Positions 26,769-36,707 of a stretch of 64,000 nucleotides of DNA are shown piece by piece. The DNA is from Alphaproteobacteria bacterium (GTDB lineage Bacteria; Pseudomonadota; Alphaproteobacteria; UBA7887), in contig CBDCGL010000011.1 in the NCBI GenBank assembly GCA_965216755.1, positions 4,224,001 through 4,288,000 on the forward strand, read 5' to 3'. The translations under genes and the position numbers were made by a program. The first letter of the stretch is position 1, and each line of letters begins with the position of its first letter. The notes under the pieces are model-generated. The model searched no databases. It saw only the letters and a list, made by a program, of their open reading frames with translations, and was not told where the DNA came from.

Positions 26769-28106
26769 ATGCGCCCTAGATCAATCGCGCTCCGGTTGGT
26801 GCTGGGTGCGGCGCTGTGGATCGCGGCGGCGCTGGCCGGCGGTGGTTTCTTGATCGCGGGCCTGTTTGCCGATCATATCGATCGCAGCTTCGACGATCGC
26901 CTGGCCTTTCTGCTCAAAGGTTTGGTGGCGGCCGCCGAGATCAACGCCGCCGGCGAAGTGGTGTTGATTCGTCTGCTCGGCGAGCCGGCGTTCGAAAGGC
27001 CCTTCTCGGGCTGGTATTGGCAGATTGATGATGGCCACCGCGTTCATCTCACATCGCGGTCTTTGTGGGATCAAAGCTTGGCCACAAACGATGATGCTGG
27101 AGGACAGTGGCGCGACGATGTCAGTGGACCGCAGGGGCAACGGTTGCGTATACATGAACGCGCCATCATCTTGCCCGGCGGCGCCGGGCCGTTCCGATTC
27201 GCGGTCGCGGCCGACAACGCGATCATTGATTCCGCGCTCAAGCCGTTCGTCGACACGCTGTCATGGTCGCTGGCGGTATTGTGGATCGGTCTTATCGGCG
27301 CGGTGATGGTTCAGGTGCGCTATGGGCTTAAGCCGCTGCGACGCATCGGCCAGGCCTTGGCGGCGATCCGTACGGGACAGGCCACCCGGCTCGAAGGGCA
27401 ATTTCCGTCGGAAATCAGCCCACTCGCTGACGAACTCAATGCGCTGATCGCGCAAAATGAAGCGGTGGTCGAACGGTCGCGCACCCATGTTGGCAATTTG
27501 GCCCACGCATTGAAGACCCCGCTGACCCTGCTCAACAACGAGGCCGGCCGCGACGGCGGCAAACTTGGCGAGGTTGTGCGACGCCAAGTCGATGTCATGC
27601 GTCGTTGGGTGGACCACTATTTGGCGCGCGCGCGGGCGGCCGCGACACGCGGCGTGTTGGGCGCGCGCACGGATGTCGACGCGGTTGTCGGTGATCTGAC
27701 ACGAACATTGCGCAAACTCTACCGAGATCGCGGTCTACAATTCACCTGGGACAGTGCCGACGGTCTGGCGTTCCAGGGCGATCGGCAGGATCTCGAGGAA
27801 ATGCTCGGCAATTTGATGGACAATGCGTGCAAATGGGCGGCGACCTCGGTTCATGTTGGGGTTGCCGCGTCGGACGGCATGTTGCAGATACGAGTCGACG
27901 ATGACGGGCCGGGCATGCCCACCGACCAACGCCAGGAAGCTCTGACCAGAGGCAAGCGCCTGGATGAAACCGTGATGGGCAGTGGCTTGGGCTTGGCCAT
28001 TGTCGCCGATATCGCCGGGCTTTACGCGGGCGGATTGGATTTGCAGCAGGCGCCGGCTGGTGGCTTGCGCGCCGTGCTCACGCTACCCGTTGCGGCGGCG
28101 GGGTGA
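26769..28106 (+). CDS. Sensor histidine kinase (FeuQ/PhoQ-like)
   Basis: Two TMs, SGWYWQI sensor motif, AHALKTPL H-box, NLMDNACK, DDDGPG, GSGLGL. Confidence 0.93.
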   Translation: MRPRSIALRLVLGAALWIAAALAGGGFLIAGLFADHIDRSFDDRLAFLLKGLVAAAEINAAGEVVLIRLLGEPAFERPFSGWYWQIDDGHRVHLTSRSLWDQSLATNDDAGGQWRDDVSGPQGQRLRIHERAIILPGGAGPFRFAVAADNAIIDSALKPFVDTLSWSLAVLWIGLIGAVMVQVRYGLKPLRRIGQALAAIRTGQATRLEGQFPSEISPLADELNALIAQNEAVVERSRTHVGNLAHALKTPLTLLNNEAGRDGGKLGEVVRRQVDVMRRWVDHYLARARAAATRGVLGARTDVDAVVGDLTRTLRKLYRDRGLQFTWDSADGLAFQGDRQDLEEMLGNLMDNACKWAATSVHVGVAASDGMLQIRVDDDGPGMPTDQRQEALTRGKRLDETVMGSGLGLAIVADIAGLYAGGLDLQQAPAGGLRAVLTLPVAAAG

Positions 28107-28115
28107 GGCGATATC

Positions 28116-29063
28116 TTGAGCGAGGTCGTTCTTGTTGTTCACGGCGGCGCCGGACGGCTCAGCAGGCGAAGGATCGCGCGTCGGAGGCGCACAGAATACC
28201 AAAACGGCCTGGCGTGCGCGCTTCGGACCGGGCAGGACGTGCTTTTGCGTGGCGGCTCGGCGGTGCGCGCGGTCGCGGCTGCGGTGACCGTGCTTGAGGA
28301 TAATTCGCGGTTCAATGCCGGCACCGGGGCGGTCCTCTGTGCCGACGGCACGATTGAACTCAGTGCATCGATTATGAACGGCCGCGACCTGAGAGTTGGT
28401 GCGATGGTTGGGATGACGCGGACGAAAAACCCGGTCCGGGCCGCGCAAGCGCTAATGCGCCATCAACACGGTTTGTTGTTCGGTACCCACGCGGATGCCT
28501 ATGCCGAATCTCAAGGTCTCGCCGCGGTGGCGGCCGAGACGCTTGTTGTTCCGTTTCGACGGCGCCAGTGGCAAAGGGCAAAAAGGCATGGCCGTCTTAG
28601 TCTGGACCATAGCGATGGCGGCAATGCCGGTGCCATGGGAACCGTTGGCGCGGTGGCGCGCGACCGACGCGGTAATTTGGCGGCCGCGACATCGACGGGC
28701 GGTTTGGTCAATCAGCTGCCGGGTCGGGTCGGAGATACGCCTGTGGTTGGCGCCGGGACCTGGGCGGCCAACGGCGTGTGTGCCGTTAGCGCGACGGGCC
28801 AGGGCGATACCTTTGCCCGAGTGAGTTTCGCACGTCGCGTCGCTGATCTTATCGAATTGGCCAAAATGCCGACGGATTTGGCGGCGCAGCGCGCGCTGGG
28901 GGATGTGAAGCAGATTGGTGGGGTGGGCGGCTGTATTATCATTGACGCCGATGGTCAAATTGCGATGCCGTTTACCACTGCGCATATGTTGCGCGGCTGG
29001 GTGAGGGGGCGGGCCGCCCCATCGGTTGCGATTCTGCCCGACGACGCGTGCACACCGAACTAG
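28116..29063 (+). CDS. iaaA: Isoaspartyl peptidase / L-asparaginase (Ntn hydrolase)
   Basis: VHGGAG, FNAG.G, GTVGAVA (Thr nucleophile), AATSTGG, GRVGDTP. Confidence 0.88.
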   Translation: MSEVVLVVHGGAGRLSRRRIARRRRTEYQNGLACALRTGQDVLLRGGSAVRAVAAAVTVLEDNSRFNAGTGAVLCADGTIELSASIMNGRDLRVGAMVGMTRTKNPVRAAQALMRHQHGLLFGTHADAYAESQGLAAVAAETLVVPFRRRQWQRAKRHGRLSLDHSDGGNAGAMGTVGAVARDRRGNLAAATSTGGLVNQLPGRVGDTPVVGAGTWAANGVCAVSATGQGDTFARVSFARRVADLIELAKMPTDLAAQRALGDVKQIGGVGGCIIIDADGQIAMPFTTAHMLRGWVRGRAAPSVAILPDDACTPN

Positions 29064-29080
29064 TCGGCCGATGGCGTATG

Positions 29081-29407
29081 TCAGGGGTACTCGATCGGTA
29101 GACCGTCGTTGATCCAATCCAATATACCGCCATCCAGATGAACGGCGTTCGGCCCGGCCGCGTCGATCAAAAACGGCCCGGACAGGGCTGTTCGGGTGCC
29201 GCTGCGACAATAAAAAACAACCGTCTTGCCGTTCGTCTGGGGCATCGATGCCGCGGTCACATCGGACAGTGGGACGTGGAATGCGCCGGCAATATGTCCT
29301 TGCCGCCACTCCTCGGGCTCGCGAACATCGACCAACACGGCGCGCCCTTGTTCGACCCAGTTCTTGGCTGTTCTGGCATCGATGGCTTTGATGGGGGTGC
29401 TGTTCAT
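29081..29407 (-). CDS. Rhodanese-like sulfurtransferase
   Basis: VDVREPEEW..GHIAGA; YCRSGTR active loop; GGILDW. Confidence 0.9.
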   Translation of the reverse strand: MNSTPIKAIDARTAKNWVEQGRAVLVDVREPEEWRQGHIAGAFHVPLSDVTAASMPQTNGKTVVFYCRSGTRTALSGPFLIDAAGPNAVHLDGGILDWINDGLPIEYP

Positions 29408-29730
29408 TTACGAGCCTTTCTGGATCGTGCGGCCGACGGCGCGCAGTAGGTTTGGTACAGAAAATTCATCACTTCGCGCACGTCCTTGCGGGCGATCTGG
29501 TAGTAGATCGTTTGCGCCTCACGCCGTGTTGCCACCAATCCCATCTGGCGCAACATGGCCAGCTGCTGCGACATGGCGGGTTCACGCACGCCGACTGCCG
29601 CCGCGAGTTCGCCGACCGATTGCTCGTTCTCGACAAGAAGGCACAGGATAAGCAGCCGCGTCGGGTGCGATAGCACTTTCATCAAGCCGCTCACATCCTC
29701 AGCACGTGCACGCATTTCGTTGACGACCAT
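29404..29730 (-). CDS. ArsR-family persulfide-sensing repressor (SqrR/BigR-like)
   Basis: LSHPTRLLILCLL...SQQLAMLR...IYY...LYQTYC, with the two Cys positions typical of SqrR/BigR. Confidence 0.85.
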   Translation of the reverse strand: MVVNEMRARAEDVSGLMKVLSHPTRLLILCLLVENEQSVGELAAAVGVREPAMSQQLAMLRQMGLVATRREAQTIYYQIARKDVREVMNFLYQTYCAPSAARSRKARK

Positions 29731-29740
29731 GTTTGCATTG

Positions 29741-29758
29741 ATATGCAGATACGCATAT
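29741..29758. promoter_or_regulatory. Putative ArsR-family operator
   Basis: Inverted repeat ATATGC-N6-GCATAT between the divergent regulator and dioxygenase genes. Confidence 0.6.
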
Positions 29759-29814
29759 ATGTCAAGCTGCGTGATATTTCGAAGATGCCAATGTGTGTTG
29801 TATTAGGGGGTGTC

Positions 29815-30681
29815 ATGAACAGGCCGGACGTCAAAGCGTTTTTCGACAAAGCCACATTCACGGTTTCCTACATTGTCAGTGATCCGGCGACAAGAGCCGC
29901 GGCGATTGTTGATTCGGTACTTGATTACGATCCGCACTCTGGACGCACGCGCACCGACTCGGCCGACGCGATTGTTGCCGATGTGCGTGAACGCGGCCTG
30001 GATGTGCACTGGATCATGGAGACCCATGCCCATGCCGATCATTTGACAGCCGCGCAATATCTGAAGGCGGAACTTGGCGGTAAGACCGGAATCGGCGCCC
30101 ACATCAGTGCGGCCCAGGCGGGGTTGGCCAAGGTGTTCAATCTGGGTCCGGAGTTTCGTGCCGACGGTTCACAGTTTGACCATTTGTTCAATGACGACGG
30201 TTGCTTCACGATTGGGACCTTGGCCGGTCGGGTCTTGCACACGCCGGGCCACACACCGGCGTGCGTCACCTACGTTGTCGGCGATGCCGCATTTGTTGGC
30301 GATACGATTTTCATGCCCGACTATGGCACCGCGCGCTGCGACTTTCCGGGTGGCGACGCGCGGGTCCTTTATCGCTCTATCCGCAAGCTATTCGCGCTGC
30401 CGGCGGAGACCCGGCTGTTCATGTGTCATGATTACAAGGCCCCCGGCCGCGATGACTTCAGTTGGGAGACCACGGTCGCCGCCGAACGTGCCGACAATGT
30501 CCATGTACACGATGGCGTCACCGAGGATGACTTTGTCGCGACCCGCACCGCGCGCGACGCGACCCTGGACATGCCGCGCCTGATCTTGCCTGCCGTGCAA
30601 GTCAATATCCGCGCCGGTCACTTTCCGCCTCCGGAAGCGAATGGCGTCAGCTATCTTAAGATCCCGGTGAATGCCATTTGA
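29815..30681 (+). CDS. Persulfide dioxygenase (ETHE1/Blh-type MBL fold)
   Basis: ETHAHADH, TPGHTPAC, GDTIFMPDYGTARCDFPGG, MCHDY, YLKIPVN. Confidence 0.9.
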   Translation: MNRPDVKAFFDKATFTVSYIVSDPATRAAAIVDSVLDYDPHSGRTRTDSADAIVADVRERGLDVHWIMETHAHADHLTAAQYLKAELGGKTGIGAHISAAQAGLAKVFNLGPEFRADGSQFDHLFNDDGCFTIGTLAGRVLHTPGHTPACVTYVVGDAAFVGDTIFMPDYGTARCDFPGGDARVLYRSIRKLFALPAETRLFMCHDYKAPGRDDFSWETTVAAERADNVHVHDGVTEDDFVATRTARDATLDMPRLILPAVQVNIRAGHFPPPEANGVSYLKIPVNAI

Positions 30682-30694
30682 CGCGCCGGTCGCG

Positions 30695-31711
30695 CTATGG
30701 GCCAACAACGCGCGCGCGCCCGAGCGTGTTCTTGTCAGTGCCGAACCAAACACTCCCCGTCCCGACGCGATAATGCATGTGGCGAATCGAGCCGGCGCCG
30801 GAGGGTACCGGTGTGATCGATATGAACTCGGCTGAACGGGTGTCGAAGCCGACAAACAGGTTCGGCGAGACGCCCGTTTCGACCACCCAAACTCGGTCGT
30901 GGTCATCGGCGGCCATACCATAGGGCAACGCGGCATCGCCGGATGGCAATTGCCATTCGGCAAATTCTTGGGCGTGCGGATCGTATAAGCCCAGATAGCC
31001 GCGATTGTAGTCGGCATACCAGACACGACCGTCGCTGGTGATGTCCAAGCGTCGCGGTCGCGCCCCGGCGGCCGGAATCTCATACTCGGTCAATGCCAAG
31101 GTATCTGGGTTCACCGCCGCCAACTTGTTGCTGCCCAAAAGAACCACCCAGGGCGTTCCATCGGGCGCGATTTTGATGCCATAGGGCCGGGCGCGGGGCG
31201 TCGGAACCGGAACAAGGTCGACGGCCGAATCGGCAATGGTCAGGCGGCCAACGAAATTGCCGCCTTGTACCGTAAACCAGATCCGTCGCTCGTCTCGGTC
31301 AAAGACCAAGGTATGCGGATCGCTGGCTTGCGGATTTGGCATGGCGATCTTGTCGATGACATCCGTCGCGGGGTCATAGCGCCCGATGTAACCCTTGCGA
31401 TTGCCCGCATACCAGACGATACCGTCGCGGCCGACGATCAAATTGTGTGGCCCCGCGGAGTCCGGCAAATCGCGTTTGAAAAACGCGCCGGTTGTTGGCG
31501 TGAAGCGGGCCAGATAGTGGCCTGCCTGGCCGACGAACCACACTTCATCTGCGCCAGCCGCAAAGGGATCGCGCGTGCGTCCACCATAGGGGACATCCCA
31601 TTCCGTGATCTCAATGGGATTGAGCGGGTCGGCCGCGCGGCTTTGCCACGCGCCGACGGGCAAGCAAAAGACGACGAGCAGGGCGATGGCAACGGCGTTT
31701 TGTGCGGACAT
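30695..31711 (-). CDS. Secreted Vgb-family beta-propeller protein
   Basis: Signal peptide; repeated blades (GPHNL..DGIVWY, PYGI..PDGTPW, PYGM..DRVWV). The start is uncertain (31711 or 31741). Confidence 0.8.
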   Translation of the reverse strand: MSAQNAVAIALLVVFCLPVGAWQSRAADPLNPIEITEWDVPYGGRTRDPFAAGADEVWFVGQAGHYLARFTPTTGAFFKRDLPDSAGPHNLIVGRDGIVWYAGNRKGYIGRYDPATDVIDKIAMPNPQASDPHTLVFDRDERRIWFTVQGGNFVGRLTIADSAVDLVPVPTPRARPYGIKIAPDGTPWVVLLGSNKLAAVNPDTLALTEYEIPAAGARPRRLDITSDGRVWYADYNRGYLGLYDPHAQEFAEWQLPSGDAALPYGMAADDHDRVWVVETGVSPNLFVGFDTRSAEFISITPVPSGAGSIRHMHYRVGTGSVWFGTDKNTLGRARVVGP

Positions 31712-31767
31712 GTGGGTACCATGAGTCTCGTGGACGGCCATGTTACCACGCCGACGTGCCCACGCGG

Positions 31768-33321
31768 TCACGTCGCGCGGGGATTGTCGCGACTGGCGTT
31801 GTTCACATGTTGCCGAAGGTCTGCGAACAGCGCTGCATCCGTGACCACGCGCGGCACCTTGTGTTGGCCGCCAAGCTGACCGCGCTTGCGCATCCATTCG
31901 GCGAATCCGCCCGGGGGCAGGCAGACGACGGACGGCGGCGCCAGCCCGGATTCGGCCATGCGGTGCACTTCATAGTCTTCGTTGGTGGCGCACAGGCTTC
32001 GGTCGATGCTCTCGACAAAGACTTTCAGCGCCGTTGGGTCGTCAATCGCGTGCGAAAACTCGACCACATAAAGGTGGCTGCCATGCTTACCGCCGAGCGT
32101 GGTGAACTGTGGCCCGACGGCGAAGTTGGTCACCTGTGCGTTGATCGCGGCGGCCGCATCCGCGACCGCCTGCTCGATCTCGGCCTCGATGACATGCTCG
32201 CCAAAGGCCGACAACATGTAGGACGTGCGCCCGGTGATTAGGAGTCGCGGTGGGTGCACATCGACAAAGCGCACGGTGTCGCCGACCACATAGCTCCAGA
32301 CGCCGGCGCAGGAACTGACGACCAGGGCGTAGTCGATTCCCGGCTCGATGGTTGCGACCCAATGTCGGGTCGGGGCCGGCCGATCCAGATCTTCGATCGG
32401 GACAAACTCGTAGAACAAGCCATTGTCGACGTTCAGTCTGAGTCCGTCTCCATCGCCACGATCCGCGACGGCGAAAAAACCTTCGCTGGCCGGATACACC
32501 TCGCGTGTCTCGGCCGGCGTGCCACGCAGCCATTCCTGAAATCGCGTCCGATAGGGCGCGAAGTGAACACCGCCGTGGACCACCAGCGAAAGATCCGGCC
32601 ACAAATCCGCGGCGCACGTCGCACCAATGTCTTCGGTTGCAAGCCGCGCGAACAGCGAGACGAGCCAACTCGGTGTCCCCGAAACGACCCCGATCCGCTG
32701 GTGTTTGGTGCCGCGCGCTATGGCCTCGATCTTGGCGTCCCAATCCGTGAGCAACGCGATCTCCGGCGGCGGATAGCGCCATGGTTTGGCGAACCAAGGC
32801 GTTTCCTCAACCGCGATGCCGCTCAGGTCGCCGCTTTTGACCCCCGGGGCGAGGTGTTTAAGATCCGTTGATCCGCCGAGCATCAACATGCGCCCGCGCA
32901 GGACGCGACTTGAGGGCCTATTGACCACATGCCAGGCGAGCACATCCAGGGCCGCGCGCGCGTTCGCCCGCACCATTTCACGGGAACAGGGGATGTATTT
33001 GGTGCGGCCGGTTGTCGTGCCGGACGTGACCGCGAAATAGGGAATTGTGCCGGGCCAGGTCTTGTCGCGCAGGTTGGGAAAGCCCTGTTGCCAATAGGCC
33101 GACCAGAAATCCTCGTAGCGTTTCAAGGCGACGCTGTCTTGGAACGCCTCGACGGATTCGATTCGGTCGAAACCGTGGTCCCGTCCGAACTGGGTCCGCG
33201 CCGCGCGCCGGACCAGCTGGTCCAATTGTCGCCGTTGGGTGGCAACGGGATCCGCCGCGGCGATACGCGCCACGCGCCAGCGCGCAAAGGCGCGAAGGGC
33301 CGTTGTCGAACCCGGAATCAT
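31768..33321 (-). CDS. GH3 family acyl-adenylate/amide synthetase
   Basis: TSGTTTGRTKYIP, YPASEG, YVVGD motifs I-III; GGQHKVPRV C-terminus; ATGA overlap with the acylase stop. Confidence 0.9.
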   Translation of the reverse strand: MIPGSTTALRAFARWRVARIAAADPVATQRRQLDQLVRRAARTQFGRDHGFDRIESVEAFQDSVALKRYEDFWSAYWQQGFPNLRDKTWPGTIPYFAVTSGTTTGRTKYIPCSREMVRANARAALDVLAWHVVNRPSSRVLRGRMLMLGGSTDLKHLAPGVKSGDLSGIAVEETPWFAKPWRYPPPEIALLTDWDAKIEAIARGTKHQRIGVVSGTPSWLVSLFARLATEDIGATCAADLWPDLSLVVHGGVHFAPYRTRFQEWLRGTPAETREVYPASEGFFAVADRGDGDGLRLNVDNGLFYEFVPIEDLDRPAPTRHWVATIEPGIDYALVVSSCAGVWSYVVGDTVRFVDVHPPRLLITGRTSYMLSAFGEHVIEAEIEQAVADAAAAINAQVTNFAVGPQFTTLGGKHGSHLYVVEFSHAIDDPTALKVFVESIDRSLCATNEDYEVHRMAESGLAPPSVVCLPPGGFAEWMRKRGQLGGQHKVPRVVTDAALFADLRQHVNNASRDNPRAT

Positions 33322-35588
33322 CTCCGTGGGGTCAGACGCATGACATGTTTGTAGGTCGCCCGGACCGTCGCCATTTGCAAGGGAACCTGGACATAGTCGC
33401 CTTTGCGCCACATTGGCACTTGGTCGACAAATGCGGGGCTACCGAACCAGCCGTCTTGCCCGCCCAACAATGCGAAGTAATTGCTGTCCGGATCGGCAAG
33501 ATCCGCCACGTGCCGGGCTTGTGAACCATATTGCGTGCGGTGTCGCTTTTTTGCGTCGGCGTGGGCGGTTTTCATCACCGTTGTCGAGCCGCCGCTGGCG
33601 GGATAGTCGATAAATTGATAACGGCCGCCGAGCAATGGCGCAAACTGCAACGGATGGGCGAGAGACAACCGATGCATGTCACCCCATGTCGGATAGGTTT
33701 CAAGCATTTGCGCGGCGGCCCGCAGCGCCGTGTCGCAGGCGGCGGCAAGGCGATCATCGGTGATTTCGGCGACGTGGGCGACGAGGGAGAACCGTCCGCG
33801 ACCGACACCGGTGGTTGCGTTCAGGGTGTCGTTGGTATCGAGTTCGGCAATGAAGCGATCGAGAAAAACCTCAAACAAGAGCGGTTCAGGCTTGTCCGCG
33901 TCGTAGTCGCCGGACCAGTTTCGCAGGCGTGCGACAACGGCCCTGCCATCGGGTTCCGTGGCGGCCGCGACAGTCAACTTGTCCAGACGGGCGAACAAGG
34001 CGTCCCGCAAAGCGAGCGCCGAAGGCATGACCACATCCCGCTGCAGCGCCTTCAAATCGGTCAAAGATAAGTCTCGGCGGTTGGTCAAGATAGCGGTCAG
34101 ACGAACCACGCGATCGTCCGGTGAGAAGAAATACCCGACCGGAATGTGGGCCGAGGCGGGCTTGTTGTTGGCGGAGACCAAAATGCCGTTTTCCGGATCA
34201 TAGGCCTGCGGCAGCGTCGCGGCGGTCGCAAAGTCTTGCCAGGCCGCGGCGGCTTCCAACGGCAAGGCCAAGTCGTCGGGTAGTGTCAACGGCCGTCGTG
34301 GCAGCCGCGTTGCCAGCACATGGCCGATGTGGCCCTGCGCGTCGGCATAGAGCATGTTTTGTCCAGAGACCCAAAACCCGTCCATCGCCGCCACGAATTG
34401 GTCCCAATCACGGGCGCGATTGGCTGCCAGCATGGCCGTGATTTCGTCGCTGGCCATGTGCCCGGTCCACCGCAGGGCCAGTTCGGCCGCGTCGGCGTTG
34501 AGGAGCGGCGCATCAGTTATCACCGGCCCATAGTCGGTCTCGCGGATGGTTACTTTGCTGTCCAGCCACCAGCGCGTGCGAATCGTTTCCGTGCGCGTGC
34601 GGATCGCATCATCCGACAGCGACGATATGTCGAACAAGTCGCTACTGGCCGAACGCATGTTGGTGCCGCCCCAGGCAATGTGCGGGTTGCGACCGAGCGC
34701 GACAAACGGCAGCCCGGGAATCATCAATCCCGCAGCGTGGTGAGACGGCGACTTGTAGCCGGCGATCAGCCACAGATTGGGCAGGAAAATGCCCAGATGC
34801 GGGTCGCTGGCGATCATTGCCGCACCGTTGACGCTGTTTGCGCCAGATATAACAACGGAATTGCTGCCGGACCGGCTGACGCTGGCCAGCATGGCGTCCA
34901 GGGTCGCCAGCTCGTCCGACGCGTCGGCGCCGAAACTGGGGATCGACCGGGTGCCGGCGGCAAGCAGCTGGCGCCAACGCTGCGGCCAATCGGGCGCGTT
35001 GAGTTTTGCTAGCAAGCGGAACCAAATCAGCCAATTCACATCGGTTGAAGCGAGCCGTCCAATCGCCATCAAATCATTGCCATGCCACGGTTCGCGGTCC
35101 ATAGCGAAGATATCGAACTCGTGCGGCAGAGTGTCCACATTGGCGACATAGTGGTTGACCCCGGCGACAAACGCCTCGACCCACTGGCGGGTTTCGTCGG
35201 GCATCATGGCCATCATGTCGGGCGCGGCGCGCCCAAATCCCAGAATGCGCAGCGACTTGTCGATGTCGACGGCGACGGGACCGGCGATCTCCGCCAAACG
35301 ACCCTGCGCGATACGGCGCAAAATCTCCATCTGTCCGAGGCGCAGGTGAGCGTGAACCACCCCGAGGGTCACGGCGAGGTCGTGGTCGGTATCTGCGGCA
35401 ATGAACGGGACCAGATTGTCGTTCCAAAAGATTGTAACCGGCTCTTCCAGCGGCATGGCGTCGCGCGGCAGCGTGTCGAGACGTTCGGCCAAGCTGAGGC
35501 TCTGTGGGGGCGGCGCCAAAAGCGCGCACGAGGTCAGCATGCCGCCCGTCAAACTGAGACCAAATGCGCGCCGCAACTTGGACATCAT
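33318..35588 (-). CDS. Penicillin acylase family Ntn hydrolase (predicted lipoprotein)
   Basis: Lipobox LTSC; G.SNS beta-subunit start; ASDPHL; GRNPHIAWG; QNMLYAD; SANN. Confidence 0.9.
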   Translation of the reverse strand: MMSKLRRAFGLSLTGGMLTSCALLAPPPQSLSLAERLDTLPRDAMPLEEPVTIFWNDNLVPFIAADTDHDLAVTLGVVHAHLRLGQMEILRRIAQGRLAEIAGPVAVDIDKSLRILGFGRAAPDMMAMMPDETRQWVEAFVAGVNHYVANVDTLPHEFDIFAMDREPWHGNDLMAIGRLASTDVNWLIWFRLLAKLNAPDWPQRWRQLLAAGTRSIPSFGADASDELATLDAMLASVSRSGSNSVVISGANSVNGAAMIASDPHLGIFLPNLWLIAGYKSPSHHAAGLMIPGLPFVALGRNPHIAWGGTNMRSASSDLFDISSLSDDAIRTRTETIRTRWWLDSKVTIRETDYGPVITDAPLLNADAAELALRWTGHMASDEITAMLAANRARDWDQFVAAMDGFWVSGQNMLYADAQGHIGHVLATRLPRRPLTLPDDLALPLEAAAAWQDFATAATLPQAYDPENGILVSANNKPASAHIPVGYFFSPDDRVVRLTAILTNRRDLSLTDLKALQRDVVMPSALALRDALFARLDKLTVAAATEPDGRAVVARLRNWSGDYDADKPEPLLFEVFLDRFIAELDTNDTLNATTGVGRGRFSLVAHVAEITDDRLAAACDTALRAAAQMLETYPTWGDMHRLSLAHPLQFAPLLGGRYQFIDYPASGGSTTVMKTAHADAKKRHRTQYGSQARHVADLADPDSNYFALLGGQDGWFGSPAFVDQVPMWRKGDYVQVPLQMATVRATYKHVMRLTPRR

Positions 35589-35927
35589 GTCGAATGACTT
35601 TCGATCCGGTTCATTTTGTGGATTGCACACAAAGCGTGCGTGACGATCAGTGTAACGCTTGGCGCCACGCATATGGTGACGGCGGGCCGAGATGGAAGGC
35701 GATCGGCCTGTTGCTCATCTGCCACTATACGTTGCAAGAATAAGAGATCCACACTGAAAGGGCGCGGAATTCCTTTGTCTGCGGCGAGTCGCGCACCTAG
35801 AGTGTGCGCCAAATAAAACAAGATTATGACGCCGAGTGAATCGGCGCCGAGTTCGGTCTCAGCCAGCGGAACATGTTGTGAGGCTTAGATGCTGCCGGGG
35901 ACTATTTGGGTGGATAAAGGGAATATA

Positions 35928-36476
35928 ATGCCGCGCATAACGCGCTGGGCAGCGGCGCTGGGGGCTATCTGCCTTTTGGCATCGCCGGGTGTCGCGACCG
36001 CCGAGCCGGAGTTTTTTGGTATGCCGTCGATTGGCGAGCTGCCCTGGATCTCCGGTGAAATTAGCGATGGTGGCGGCCGCTATGTGGATCTGGGCCTATG
36101 TGGCTCAGCGCCGGCAACTTTGCGGGCCGGCGGCGACGAATTGACTTTGGTGGCGGTCGGTGGCGGTACGGACTTGTCCGCGGCGGACGTTGTCAATGGC
36201 GCGTTGGTCGGCGGTACCATCGGTGCGGCGATGGACGCATATGACCAGCGTTGCGTTGGCCGCGTCTTGGAACTTGGCGCTGACCATGAAGCCGTGGTTT
36301 GGCACAATCAAACCTCGGATACCGCGTATCGCGTTGTCCCCGTGAAAACGTTCGAGCGTGTCACCGGATTGGTGTGCCGCGTCTTCGCGATACAAGCCAC
36401 CACTAGCGCCGACTCACAAGCCGTTTATCAAAGCGCTTGCCGCCAGATGAATGGCAGTTGGACGTCGATGATCTAG
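35928..36476 (+). CDS. Divergent RT0821/Lpp0805-like surface protein
   Basis: Signal peptide; short glycine zipper; W.N; CRVF...ACRQMNGSW. Confidence 0.75.
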   Translation: MPRITRWAAALGAICLLASPGVATAEPEFFGMPSIGELPWISGEISDGGGRYVDLGLCGSAPATLRAGGDELTLVAVGGGTDLSAADVVNGALVGGTIGAAMDAYDQRCVGRVLELGADHEAVVWHNQTSDTAYRVVPVKTFERVTGLVCRVFAIQATTSADSQAVYQSACRQMNGSWTSMI

Positions 36477-36707
36477 GGCGGCACGCTGCCGCGACGGCGT
36501 AGAACTTGGCAGCGAGCCATATCGGGTTGCCCACTTGAGTGAGGCAATGCCTTCATCTGGAGCGCGTACGTATGTTGGCGGGCGCCGACGTCGGGCGCCG
36601 CCCAATCGGTGCGCCGAGTGCGTTTCAAAATCTGAATTAATTTCGGCGAAAAGTCTGCTAGTGTAATCTCTGGGATCTAACCAAGAGACGCGGGGTGGAC
36701 GGATTCC

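Noticed and set aside
29815-31711. Antibiotic resistance genes (metallo-beta-lactamase, virginiamycin B lyase)
   Set aside because: The MBL-fold protein has persulfide dioxygenase motifs and context; the Vgb-like protein has a signal peptide and only fold-level similarity.
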